From Heptranchias perlo (lineage: Eukaryota), in NCBI RefSeq assembly GCF_035084215.1, contig NC_090333.1, forward strand, positions 27,466,001 to 27,530,000: a stretch of 64,000 nt of DNA. The letters run 5' to 3'. Below, one piece after another: positions 34,842 through 48,500 of the stretch; within the stretch, counting starts at the first letter, position 1, and the number at the start of each line of letters is the position of its first letter. The translations under genes and the position numbers were made by a program. The notes beneath the pieces were generated by a model. It did not search any database and was not told where the DNA came from. It saw only the letters and a program-made list of their open reading frames with translations.

Positions 34842-36569
34842 GTGAGTGAGTGGCGGTTGGGCTGTGATGGAGGCTGAAGGTGGACGGAGGCCCTTGTCGG
34901 GTTATGTGTGTGAGATACATTGAGGCCACAGGGTTTCAAGCTTCATAACCGGTGCAATAGTCCTTATAAACCATGGGGCAGCTGGTTGTACTGGGCCCGC
35001 CATGAGATTCGCACATCCTGTGAGTCCCTCCACACGCAGTATTCGGGGCTGTGTCACCCAGCTCATGTAGATTGTGGGCCAGATTGCACAGTGCCAGTGG
35101 TGCAGCGAAGAATCAACTCGATGGGAATTTAACTTTAATTTCTATTTAGTTTCTGGGGAAGAGCAGCAACGGGGAAGTCGCATTGTTTATTTATGGGTCG
35201 GCTGAATCTTAGGTCCATCTGTAGCCTTGTAATCTGTGACTGCCTTTTTAAGAAAGAAAGACATGCTTTTTTATATAGTGCCTTTCACAACCTCAGGACG
35301 ACTCAGAGCGCTTTACAGCCAATGAAGTACTTTTGAAATGTAGTCACTGTTGTAATGTTGGCAATGATGGTGGAGGAGTTTGAGTAAACCACCTTTTTGA
35401 AGAATTAACAATGCTATTGGGTTTACGTTATACCTCGGAATCATTAAATCATTGATAATGTTGTAATTTGCCCCGGGGCCTTCATTAATCCAATGCTTAC
35501 CACATTCCAAAAACTGTTCTTCCCCCATCTCATGACTTGTTAATTTTTCTTGGAATGTATTCCTTTTGAGAAAATGTTCAAGTTTTACGGCTTGGTGTCT
35601 GCCTTATCTGCACAAAAAGGCAACAGCAACAGCTTGCACTTATATAGCGCCTTTAATGTAGTAAAATATCCCAAGGCATTTCACTGTTAGCAGACAAAAT
35701 TTGATACTGAGCCACATAAGGAGATATTGGCTCAGGTGACTAAAAGCTTGATCAAAGAGGTAGGTTTTAAGGAGCGTCTTAAAAGGAGGAGAGAGAGGTG
35801 GAGGCGTCTGGATTACTAGTCCAGTAACGCAAACACTATGCTTCTATAGCCACACATGATGCAAATGCATCTGTTTTAAAGCTCTTTGTAACTGCCCTTA
35901 TGCTTTTAAGTTCCTCTCCCTGCCTTCCAGTCTGCATCTGAATCCCCTTTCTAGACATTTGATGTTCATCTTGACGTTCTCCTGGATAGCCCTGTTAAAT
36001 GTCACAGCTAACACTCTGCTATTGCTTTCACAGTGAAACTGATCAGGTGCTGTTACAGCTTCTCTTGTGATGTGAAAGCAGTCTGGTCCATAGTGAGAGT
36101 GGGTGTGGATGTGGGATATGACAGTCAGGGATCATTTTTTGTTTTAGTTCTATGTAGAAACTATTGTAGAACTAATTAACATAGTCAAAAAAAATTAGGG
36201 TTTGTCATGGAGAAACCTAACCTGCAAACGTCCACTTACTGGGACTATTTAAACTGTGTGGAGTCTACACATGCACTTTTTTTCACAAAAATTAGCTCTG
36301 CATGAAATTTCTGACCATGCTTTTAAACAGTTCTGCAGTATCTGAATCCCTCAGTTAGATTAAAGTCTTGTGTAAAGGGTTACAATCCAGTTCTAAATGA
36401 ATTGTAGGCAGCACATTTGAAATAGTTTGTGAATCTCTGATCCCTTTACTAGAGAGCACTTTAGTCTTAAAGTATGTTTAGATTGATGGTTATATTGAGC
36501 TGCATCACCTTTATTACATTGGTGGGGGAGGGAGTTGCAAAGAAATGCAGAACAATGGATTTTTTTTTA

Positions 36570-37100
36570 CCTTGCCGGCCTCCCATCATCCACCCTCCAT
36601 AACTTGAGCTCATCCAAAACTCTGCTGCCTGTATCCTAACTCACACCAAGTCCTGTTCACCCATCACCCCTGTGCTCGCTGATCTACATTAACTCCTGGT
36701 CCAGAAATGCCTCGATTTTAAAATTCACATCCTTCTTTTCAAATCCCTCCATAGGCCCTGCCTCCTTATCACTGTAACCTTCTCCAGCCCTACAATCATC
36801 CAAGATCTCTGCTCCTCCAATTCTTGCCTCTTACGCATCCTTGATTTTAATCGCTCCACCATTGGCGGCCGTGCCTTCAGCTCCCTAGGCCCTAAGCTCT
36901 GGAATTCCCATCCTAAATCTCTCCGCCTCTCCCTCTTTAAGACCCTCCTTAAAACCTATCTCTTTGACCAAGCTTTTGCTCACTTGTCCTAATATCTCCT
37001 TGAGTGGCTTGGGGTCAAATTTGTTTGATAACACTCCTGTGAAGTGCTTTGGGACGTTTTGCTATGCTAAAGGTGCTATATAAATGCAAGTTGTTGTTTT
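36570..37100 (+). mobile_element. L2-clade LINE 3' fragment (DPH2 intron)
   Basis: CTCATCCAAAACTCTGCTGCC...TTTGACCAAGCTTTTG...TATATAAATGCAAGTTGTTG. Confidence 0.8.
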
Positions 37101-37576
37101 AGCTGCGCTAGGTGTTGACTTTTTTCTGGTTTTATCTCTTTCTCCTTCAAGCAATCTAGAGTTTAGCTCTATCGGTCTTAAGTCTTGGGTCTAGTTCATG
37201 TTCAAAAAGCTTCATACTTCAAAAATGTTCATGGTGCAAAAATTAGTGAATTTTTTTGAAGTCAGTCTGTTAAGTTAACCATGCTAATTGGGTCAAATAT
37301 CCCACTGACTAAATGAAAATGTTTTTTCATTCATTTGCACTCTAAGCAATTGGGAAAAGTTAGTAAACCCAACCAATTCATTTGCTTGTTTTTCCCCACC
37401 TCTAAACTACATTGCATAAACTGGTTTCAGTGGCCACCTTGGAGCATGATTTCCAACACAGCTTATGTATTAGTATAATCTAACATACACAAAGTAAATC
37501 ATACCAAGATCATTAAACTTACTCATATACTTGCCTCTATAGTGTTACAAATCTCTGTAATAACACTTCTGCAGAG

Positions 37577-37941
37577 TAAGGCTACCAACTCTGGTGGACT
37601 GTATTCCAGGAGCTTTTATCACATGACCCCCTGCGTCCAACTGCCATGCCTCCCGCTTCCGCCATTGGTCGTCCAACATGTCAATCCTAGCGGCAATCGG
37701 TCAATAATGGCAGCTACAATACCCATGATCCTCTGCACTCCAGAAACTCCTCTATTGCATGGTTTTAGTGAACCACTCCTGCACCAGGGTTGCACTGCAT
37801 CCTGGGTGCGTTACAGCCCTTTATTATGAGCCCGGCCCGAGCGAAACAGGAGAAGAAAATGTCTCCCGGGCAGCAGTGTCCAGGAGATTAATCGTTCATT
37901 CTGGGAGACTCCAGGATAATCTGGGAGGATTGGCAACCCTA
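37577..37941. mobile_element. hAT-type MITE, 365 bp
   Basis: TIRs TAAGGCTACCAAC and ATTGGCAACCCTA; 8-bp TSD CTGCAGAG (37569-37576) / CTCCAGAG (37942-37949). Confidence 0.8.
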
Positions 37942-39409
37942 CTCCAGAGATCTACCACCTTCTCAAAGAACTGTTTTAATCCTTCCTTCTACTTGCAATT
38001 CTTGATGAGTTTTGTTGCCTGTTTCTTTTTTAGTTCGTGAGGTGAGTGACACAGGCAGCATTTCCCTGGTACTAAGCCCACAAATTACCAGTTTTATTGA
38101 ATTTAATTTCATAATTTGCCATGGTGGGATTTGAACTCCGAACCTCTGGGTTCCTAGTCCGCTACCATACCCCCTTAAAAGCAAATTCAGTTGTGCATGT
38201 CTAGCCTGGGGTCAGGTTGTCTGTGCATTTGTGATCGAGCCCATTTTTTGTTTGATGTTTAATGTTATATTAATTTATGCTGTCCTCTGGTTGCTGTTTT
38301 CTTTGCTGTTTTTCTTTGGTTTTGGGCACACCGCCCCACTCCCCTCTCCCAAACTCCTTCAAATCAAGGCTGTCAATTTGGGAAGTAGCCTGATCCTTTG
38401 TGAGATATATTCACGTCTCCTGACTCCAGAAATCCAAGCAAAACCTAACACCAAGCCACATTAAGATATATTAGGGCAGATGACCAAAAGCTTGGTCCAA
38501 AAGTGGTAGGTTTTAAGGAGTGTCTTATAGGAGGCGAGGGAGGTAGAGAGTTGGAGAAGTTTTAGGGAGGGAATTCCAGATCTTAGGGCTTAGGCAGCTG
38601 TAGGCATAGCCTTCAATGGTGGAGTGATTAAAATAGGGGATGCACAAGAGGCCAGAATTGGAGGAGCGCAGAGATCTCAAAGAAACAGTAGCCATTTGTT
38701 ACACGATACAGAGACGGAGATACCTGAAATCAAAAATCCACACAAATAAATAATTGTTCCATTAATCAGAAATTGGGGTGATAGTTCAACTAATATACTC
38801 TGAAAATAGAAAAGATATGCTATAACCGTTTGTGGATGTTGGGACTGGCCTGACGCACCATTAGCAGCGAGATCAATATATTGACTATTGGCCACTGCTT
38901 TTGATTCATTGCTGTGCGTGCTGTGGCATATTCTAATTAGTTCTCCAGCAAATTTAGGCATAAATTTCCCACTAAGACAAAGGTCTAAGTTATGCCGTTT
39001 ATTGCTGCTGCACCGAATTCGAGGTCAGTCTTCTCCCATGCTGGCTCTAACAACAGTTTTAAAGCATACAAGACAAAATGGGAGACAACTGAGACATTGG
39101 TGCCAATATCTCTCTTTATAACATGGAATTAGTTGGCAATTTAGTTAAATAGATTTCCATTTTAACTAACCAACTGTCTGATATAATCTAATTGATGTTC
39201 AGTAACCAATTTGTTACTGGGGCGAAAACATGTATGGTGCTGAAAGCAAGTCTGAGTAAGTATAAAACTGCCATCAGCTACTGTCAGTCTGAAGCAATGT
39301 TTTCTATTAAGTGTGGGACCTGTTGTGTAAATTAATTAGCAATGAGAAACTTGCTGAGTGCTGTTGTCAATCCTTTTTTGCTTCTTATTGCCTTAGTAGT
39401 TGGATCGTC

Positions 39410-39562
39410 ATGACTACAACATTCAGTGATGATGGTTCTAAGGCAATTCAGCAGTCAATAGATGTTCTCGAAAGGGCCAGCAGAACCAACCCTAGGGAGA
39501 TTGATGTGGTCTATGAGATTGAGAGAACCTGCAGCTTCATCACAGATCATGGCTTCAGAAAG
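39410..39562 (+). CDS. DPH2: DPH2 coding exon (MTTTFSDD...GFRK)
   Basis: Acceptor TAGTAG at 39394-39399; donor AAG|GTTTGA. Confidence 0.9.
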
Positions 39563-42500
39563 GTTTGAATCTCTTGGATAATTGTATAAGATGCTTCCTG
39601 TCGGGCACTGTACCTAATTTCACTCCCTCTTTGTGGGGGAGGCATTTAACTCCACGACATCTCCAGCAGCAGGGACTAAGAACAGGAACTTTATTATAGG
39701 CACATATATGTATCCTATGGTCCAATGCAATGGAAGGAAGGAAAATCAGAAAGCAGTCAACCCATCCTTCAGGGGGCTGTTGGTGCACACTTTATGGTTG
39801 TTACATAGCAGGCATTTGCTGGTACCTGGGAGTAGATACTGAAAATATTTCTCAATTCCCACAGGTGGCTCTTCAGTTTCCTGATGAACTTCTCATAGAT
39901 GCTGCTGCCATTATATCAAAGCTGGAGAAAAACACCAATGTCAAGCTTTTCATATTGGGTGACACATCGTATGGCAGGTCTGATTTAAGTTGATACTCAG
40001 TACATCTTGTTTTTGAACAATAAACAGTAAGCTTAACTGGGTTTCTTCTTTTGATGGGTATATCTTGCATCGATTGTGAATGCTGCATTTATCAGGATAA
40101 AGATATTAACTTATCTATTGGAATGAAACCTTCATTGTGACTTGGATAAATGTAAATGTCTCTAAAGTACAAAATTGTCTTTTACTGAAGTAGGTAACGT
40201 ATTGGATCAGAATTGCTACAGTGGCCTAAATGTATTATGCTGCTAGTGGCTATTCTAGAAATGAGATGGTATGAACAGCTGGGTATCCTGATCTTTCACG
40301 TTTACACGGTGGTTTGAATCCAGCCCGGATTGAGTAAGATAGAAAGTGACAAGGGATACCTTCTCTTACTTAATGGTGTGCATCATAATTAAGAAAGATT
40401 GGACATTGTTGTTGTGGTTTCCCGTTGGGCTATTGCCAGCAGCTAAATATTGTAAAGAGCGTTGCAGTGTCTTTCACGCTGATGTCCCATGGAGCGATAG
40501 GATATGGGTTCTTGCCCATAGTTCTCTGTTTGTTGGATACGCAATGTCAGCTTTGTTGTTTGGGAGAAGTAGACAATAAAGGCCGGGAACATCTCAAAAA
40601 GAGTGAAGAAGAATCTAAAGGTGAGTTACCGGAGGCTTCTAACAGTCAGAATAGTGTGCCTTGAGAATATTTGAAAAGTAGAAAAGATCAAAAAGTTTGT
40701 CTTTTTAAAAAAAAATAACACATCCCTCCATGGCCAACCAGTGTTCAAAACAGGAATTGTTTTTAATGGACAGGTACTAAGACTGAGTGTTGATGGGTCA
40801 CAGAAATTGTGATTTGCACTTTCTCATTTTTATTTTAGTCTCAAATCTTTAACTCTTGGAATGTGGGCAATGCTGGCAAGGCAGTATTTATTATTCATCC
40901 GTAGTTATTTCAAGGACATTGAGTCACCCATGTAGTGTGCAACTGGAGTCACATGTTGGCTCATCCGGGAAGGGGCGGCAGGTTCTCTTCCCTGAGGACA
41001 TCAGTGAATCAGTTATGTTTTTAAAAAGCTCCAGCAGCTTTCATGGTCATTTTCTGGTACTAGCTGTCAAATCACCAGATTTATTGCCATGGTGGGATTT
41101 GAACTCTTAACCTTCTTTCAGTTATTAGTCCAATACCATAACTACTAGGCTACTGGAGCTGTAAATCATTTTTCCTCATTGTGTGCACTCGTCGATAGAT
41201 TTTTGGACCATAAGGGAATCAAGGGATATGGGGATCAGGCGGGAAAGTGGAGTTGAGGTTGAAGATCAGCCACGATCTGATTGAGAGGTGGAGCAGGCTC
41301 AGGGGGTCATATGGCCTACTCCTGCTCCTATATCTTATGTTCTCTACATAGTCACAGACATATTCTAAAATTTCCTTGAAAATCTCTTGTCTGTTGTGTA
41401 GCTGCTGTGTAGATGAAGTTGCTGCTGAACATCTTGAGGCTGACAGTATAGTACATTATGGAAGAGCATGTCTCAGTCCTTCCACAAGGCTCCCAGTGAT
41501 GTATGTGTTTGGACAAAAACCAGTGGATGTCCATCAGTGTGCTGCCTCCTTCCGAGCCCTGTATCCAGACAAGTGTACCCATGTTATAATCCTGTGTGAT
41601 GTCATCTACTTGTATGTACTTGGTAAGAAAGTTTTTTTTCCTCTTTTCCCTCTTATGTTGTGCGTTCTTTCTCCCATGCTATAAAGTTAGAAAAAGAGAC
41701 TTGTTTACAGTGAGGGCCATTCTTTTAGACTCTGTTGCATCCGCCCGATCTTTGGTAATGTCCTGAACTGGAAGTTATGAGTTGTCAGTGAAGAAATGAA
41801 TAAATGAGAACCCACTTGTAAGAATTTTTTTTTAAAATGAATGCTGTAGAAACTGAAATTGCTTTCCCAGTGATTGCTGTAAAAAGATGGAATGTACTTT
41901 TAATTTCTCCCCCCCACCACCAATTGTGGGGTGCGAGGACCAATTGGCATTTAGTTGCCAACCCCTCTGTGCTGTAAAATGAAGGTATTTTGTGTCTGAT
42001 TGCTTTAAAGGGTGCTTTAAACAACCCAGCTGGTCCTACTTCACTATAGATCAGTAGTAGTGACTGAGATGGAGAATCTAAAAAGCTGGATAGAATGTAG
42101 CTGGTTGGGAGCACTGCCTTTAAGAACATGATCCCAAAACTGCATCTCTTAAAGATATATTTTTTGGATGCATACAACATAATTTCTCCCTCTTGCTTTA
42201 TCTAACCATCCATTATGTAGCCCTCTCTAAGGCACTTGTTTGATCTTTTATTAGAAAAACTACGGCAGCTTCTTCACCCAGAGTATGAGAACCTTGTGGT
42301 TTCAGTGATTTGTTGTGACAAAAATGTAACACCTGATCCATGCAGGACTGATGGATTTCCCGGTGAAAGTGATGTTGATCATCATTCTGCCCTCGGATCC
42401 TGCAGCCATGCATACAACCAGCCAAATCATCAAGTTATTCATAAGTTTGGCCGGCACTTCACCATTAATGCCAACAGTGACTTGAAAGACTACAGTATGT

Positions 42501-45500
42501 TCTACATTGGACAGGAGGGCCTGACATTGACTAACTTTATGATGACGTGGAATCAATGTTCCTTTTGCTCATTTAATCCAGTGAAAGGGGTCGGGAGACA
42601 GGAAACCCTGAATGTTAACAGGGCTTTGATGAAGCGATACTACATGATTGAAAGAGCCAAGGATGCTCAAGTTGTGGGGATTTTAGTGGGGACCCTTGGC
42701 GTCGCTGACTATCTCTCTACTATTGACCATCTTAAAAGGATCATCAAACAGGCTGGCAAGAAAAGCTACACCTTTGTAATGGGCAAACTGAATGCTGCCA
42801 AACTGGCTAATTTCTTGGAGGTGGATATATATGTGCTTGTAGCCTGTCCAGAAAACTCGCTGCTGGATTCCAGCGAGTTTTATAGGCCAGTTATAACGCC
42901 ATACGAGATGGAGGTTGCTTGCAATCAAGCAAGGGAATGGACTGGAGAGTACATTACTGACTTCAGGGACCTGCTTCCAGGTGCGTATATCTATACATCC
43001 TCATAGATGCATGTGTGGACATAGGGGAAGTGTGTGTGTGAGTGCAATTTGGCATTATGGTCATTTTATTTTTTATATATATATTATAGACATAGCCATG
43101 ATTTTATCCACTCACTTTGCTCTCTTTCCTCCCGCCTTGCCTGGCCCCACGGTGAGTTTTGCAATCTTTGTCATATGTGGGCAATCCCTTTCCATGTGGA
43201 CAAGGCTAAGAGAATTGTAGCAGTTGTGCATTTCTGCTTACCTGCAGCCTAATTTTTTTTGGTCCAGCAACAGACTCAAGAAGTTCACTATTACATTTTA
43301 GTTAATCTTTTATGCTTGAGGGAGGTCAGTAGTGTTAGGGAATGGAACACTTTTCACAACCAATATATGCATGAACCACACCTTGGCATAATTTGGGCCA
43401 GATGCAGAGTAAAGCTCACTGTAGTCTACCCAGCAACATGTTTTAAACCCATGCCCTTGATTTTACCAGTATGGATATTGGCCTATTGGTTATCCCTTGT
43501 GATGTAACCAATTAGTCGTAGATTATGGTAAATTTATGTTCAGCATACCCACAGCCAGTAGGAACAAGGTTAAGACTGCCCAAGCTCATTACAGCAGTGT
43601 GAGGTAGCTTCAAACCCAGACCCTGGAGTTGTGAGGACAGCTTGTTGCACCACCCAGTTCCCTAAAATGGATGGGTTCTATGTTACTAACCTTCCCTCCT
43701 TGTAATTTTTTTTCAATGATCTAACCACCAATACCTTGTGTATATGCTAGATTGCAATTGACTAACAACAATGCTCATTACATGTCACAATTATTTTCCT
43801 ATTCTGTTTCACAGGTGCCTGCTGCCATGTTGAATTTCCAGATGAGACCTTCAATGGTGAGGAGACTGATGTCTCACTAATAACTGGGGGCCTGCGAGCA
43901 ACGCACTTGCTGAAGTCAGAGTGGCAGAACAAAGCATCTGGCACATCTTTGATCCACAGGAATGATGCTTTAGCAGTTACCCAGTCACACTCAGCAGGTA
44001 AAACTCCTAGTCAGGGCTGTATTTTTTAAGTTACAATTTAAAGATTGACTATCAACATCAGTAATTGGAGAGGGAGAAGAAGTTAATCTTTTTGTCGTCT
44101 TTTTATGCTCTCGAGCTTCTACCCACACATCGCATCGCAAGCGGGCAGACGGGTGATCTGCTCCCATGCCTTTACCAGTGCTGCAAGGGGGGGTGGGTGG
44201 GGGAGGGGCATGAGTAGACCAAGGTGTCTTGTCCCTTATTTTACATAGATTGTTGCAGTTGGCAGAGAGAAAAGTAACTTTCATGCTTTGAGTCTGGACT
44301 GGAGTTGAATGTTTGGTTCTGGTGCTGAAAAGAAAGTGCCACTCCCCGCTCTCCCCACACCCCACCCCCCACCCCATTCCAGAATCTGTTCTGTTTTTAA
44401 AAAAAATGTTGTTCTCTGGTTTGTGCTTTTTAAAAAAAAAATGACTACTGTTCATTGAAATCTTGATTTTAGAGCAGAGGTGTCAAATTCCAAAAACTAG
44501 TTTCCATGAAGATACTGAACACCGTGAAACACCTTTCACTTCATCACCATTTCACAAATACTGAGTCAGGGGTTAAAATGAGTGAGTGATGATAGGTAGC
44601 ACTGACACTTGAGTGGCTTACTGTTTGTATTTACTGTAGAAAATGCAGTTCGTTATAAAACCAAGCTATTTATCCAAACCCCCCCAAAAAAGTACACAGT
44701 TTAAACAAAATCAGTGAGATGGTAAATATTTTCAGACAGATTATCTTAAATAATTTAATCTAGCTGTAAGTCAGTGAGACTTGTCAGAATTGGCATGACA
44801 ATAAGTCGTAGCCTTTTAATTCCTTGTATATTGGAGATGTACCCTCCAGTTGCAGAAGGACATTAGTATTGAGTGGCAGCATGCATCTAGTTATATAGTA
44901 TGATAAGGTGGCAAGTGATCAGAATAGACTGGCTTTTAGAGCAAGTGTTCAATTTATCAGCCTTTAAATGCAAATTTCTGATGGCTTGATATTTATGACA
45001 CTAACTGGGTGGTGGGAGTATATAATATATTTGAAGATTGTGTTTGCATTGCCTTGCCTCCTAATTTTTGTTTTTAAAAAAAAAATAACACTTTCCCCCC
45101 ACCCCTTGTGCAGGAAATGCCTTCCCTTCAGCACCCACCCCTGACAGCCAAGACTCTGAGCTGATTAATTGGCAAATTCCAGCCTCAAAACCATTCCAAG
45201 GCCTAACACACTGAGTACCTATTTGATGTAGTGTCATACTTCACCATGATGCCTGATTTTAATGTGGGGGTTCTCGCTGTTTGTTATGCTTGGTTTTCAT
45301 AGAAGTGGACCATCAACAAGAAAGCAAAGTAAGGTGGCATCTGGAGAATAGCATTCAAATTGAACTTTGTTGAGTTATGTCCTTGGGTATTTCTTTTTGC
45401 CATGTTTAAATTTTCCCATTTTGGAGTTTTACCAATGGGAAATCTAATTTTGGAACTGTAACCATCATGGTTGGTTGGGCTCAGCCATAAGGCTTCATAT

Positions 45501-48500
45501 CAAGTGACATGAAGAGGGTGATTTACAAGATTGCAAGACCAAGGTTACGGTATGAGCAGCTGGCAACATCAGTAGATTTTAATGAAAAAATGCATTGTTT
45601 TACTGGATTTACATACGTGATAGAATTTTCTTATCTTAATAAAATTACATTAATAGTTGTTTAATCCTTCTCTTACTGGTTATAATTCATTTAAGTTCCA
45701 GCCAGTCTCTGGTATCTATCCCAAGTGACTGATGTTCATAAGTGAGTCTAGCCAATGAGTGTCAGCAGGTTATTTAGGACAATATGGTGCTCGTTATGAC
45801 TAGCACAGTCAGGGAGGTAGCACCGGCACAAATGCTCTCCTCCATGATTCTATGTCTCCTCTCCAACACCAAGGCAGCCTACTTCCACCTCCATAACTTC
45901 GCCCGTCTCTGCCCCTGCCTCAGCTCATCTGCTGCTGAATACCTCATCCATGACTTTGTTACCTCTAGACTGGACTGTTCCAATGCTCTCCTGGGCGGCT
46001 TCCCACCTTGCACCCTCATCCAAAACTCTGCTGCCCGTATCCTAACTCGCACCAAGTCCTGTTCACCCGTCATTCTTGTGCTTGCTGACCTACATCCTGC
46101 AATGCCTCGATTTCAAAATTCTCATCCTTGTTTTTAAATCTATCCATGGCCTCGCCCCTCCCTACCTCTAACCTCCTTCAGCCCTACAACCCTCTGATCT
46201 CTGCGCTCCTCCGATTCTGGCCTCTTGAGCATCCCCAATTTTTATCGCTGCACCACTGGTGGCCGTGCCTTCAGCTGCCTAGGCCTTAAGCTCTGTAATT
46301 CCCTCGCCAGACCTCTCTGCCTCTCTACCTCTCCCTTCCTTTAAGTTGCTCCTTAAAACCTACCACTTTGACCAAGCTTTTAGACACTTGTCCTAATATC
46401 TCCTTATGTGGCTCGTTGTTTGATAACGCTCCTGTGAAGTGCCTTGGGTCACTTTACTATGTTAAAGGTGCTGTATAAGTGCAAGTTGTTGTTGTTGCTT
46501 TACACACCACACACGCTCTTTCCAACAGAATTTGCTTAATGGCAATCATATAGTCCAGTCTAATTGTGACCCTGCTGCTGCTCTGACTGAGCACGTATCA
46601 AGGATTAAATCTGGGCCTTTCCTCGTCTGATTTGGTACCAAAGTGTGCATTTATCAAATGTAAGGAATCTTACAACACCAGGTTATAGTCCAACAAATTT
46701 ATTTTTTGGACTATAACCTGGTGTTGTAAGATTCCTTACATTTGTCCACCCCAGTCCATCACCGGCATCTCCACATCATGCATTTATCAACTGAGCTATC
46801 AAGGGAATTCTATTTAATCTTCTATGAACATTTTTGAGCCTTAAGAAAATGGATTACCATATTATAAATAATATTGGAAGTTACTACTTGGGTCATCTGA
46901 ATAGTTAAAATAATTAGAATTAATGTTTCAGGTCGAAGACCTTGTGCCTTCAATGTTAAATCTGTTTCTTTCTCCACAGATGCTGCCTCACTTGCTGAGC
47001 TTCTCCAGCATTTTCTGTTTTTATTACACATTTCCAGCATCTGCAGTATTTTGCTTTTGATTTAGTTAAAGTAATCACTGTCTTATCAGTCCCAAGTATT
47101 TATTCCATATAAACAATCTTAACCCCTTCATTGGATTAGTTTGTAGCTCAATCCCATTTGTACATGTTTGATTGTAACCTGTCTGAGCTGCTCGATTTGA
47201 TTAGACTTTTAATCATCCCCTGGGCAATCATTCGTATATACCCCCCCGCCTCCACTCCACCTCCAACACCCTCATCCTGCCCCCCCCCCCCCCATACCAA
47301 CAGGTCAATGCCGGTGTTTATGCTCCACACGAGCTTCCTCCCACCCTTCTTCATTTAATCCTATCAACAAAATCCTTCTATCCCTTTCTCCCTCATGTGT
47401 TTATCTAGCTTCCCCTTAAATTCATCTATGCCAGTCGCCTCAACTACTCCTTGTACCGAGTTCCACATTCTAACCACTATCTGGCAAAAGACGTTTCTCC
47501 TGAATTCCCTATTGGATTTATTAGTGACTATCTTATATTTATGGCCCTTAGTTCTGCGCGCCCCCCCCCACACAAGTGGAAACATCTTCTCTACGGTCTA
47601 ACCATCAAACCCTTTCATAATCTTAAAGACCTCTATCAGGTCACCCCTCAGTCTTTTTTCTAGAGAAAAGAGCCCAGCCAATTCAATCTTTCCTGATAGG
47701 TATAACCTCTCATTTCTGGTATCATCCTGGCAAATCTTTTTTGCACCTTCTCCAGTGCCTTTATATCCTTTTTATAATATGGAGACCAAAACTGTTCACA
47801 GTACTCCAAGTGTGATCTAACTAAGATTTTATACAAGTTTAATATAATTTCTCTGCTTTTCAATTCTGTCCCTCTAGAATATAACCCCACTGCTTGGTTT
47901 GCTTTTTTATGGCCTTATTAACCTGTGTCACTACGTTTAGTGATTTGTCTATCTGTATCCCCAGATCCCTCTGCTCCTCTACCCCATTTAGACTCTTATT
48001 TTCCAAAGAGTATGTGACCTCCTTATTCTGCCTACCAAAATGTACCACCGTACACTTATCTATATTGAAATTCATTTGCCAATTACATGCCCATTCTGCA
48101 AATTTATTAATGTCTTCCTGTATTTTGATGCAGTCTTCCTCAGTATTAACTATACCCTTTGATGTCATCCGGAAATTTTGAAATTGTACTTCCGATTTCC
48201 GAGTCCAAATCGTTTGTGAACAGTGAACAACAGTGGTCCCAGCACCGATCCTTGTGGAACACCACTTCCCACCTTTTGCTAGCCTGAGTAGCTACCTTTT
48301 AACCCCTACTCTCTGTTTTCTGCTTCGTAGCCAGCTTGCTATCCATTCTGCTACCTGTCTCCTGACTCCACGTGCTCTGACCTTAGTTATAAGTCTACTA
48401 TGCGGTATCTTATCGAAGGCCTTTTGAAAATCCAAATATATTACATCTACTGCATTACCCTTGTCTACCCTTTCTGTTACTTCAAAGAATTCAATAGGGT

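Noticed and set aside
34135-34929. Long minus-strand ORFs (264 aa HLAETQPIGE repeats; 210 aa STSPRLSQSV repeats)
   Set aside because: By-products of a 30-bp unit that lacks stops in these frames; no coding context. The unit is better explained as CCAAT boxes.
42221-42254. Earlier DPH2 acceptor at 42220
   Set aside because: Phase 0, incompatible with the phase-1 upstream donor; 42254/42255 restores frame and homology.
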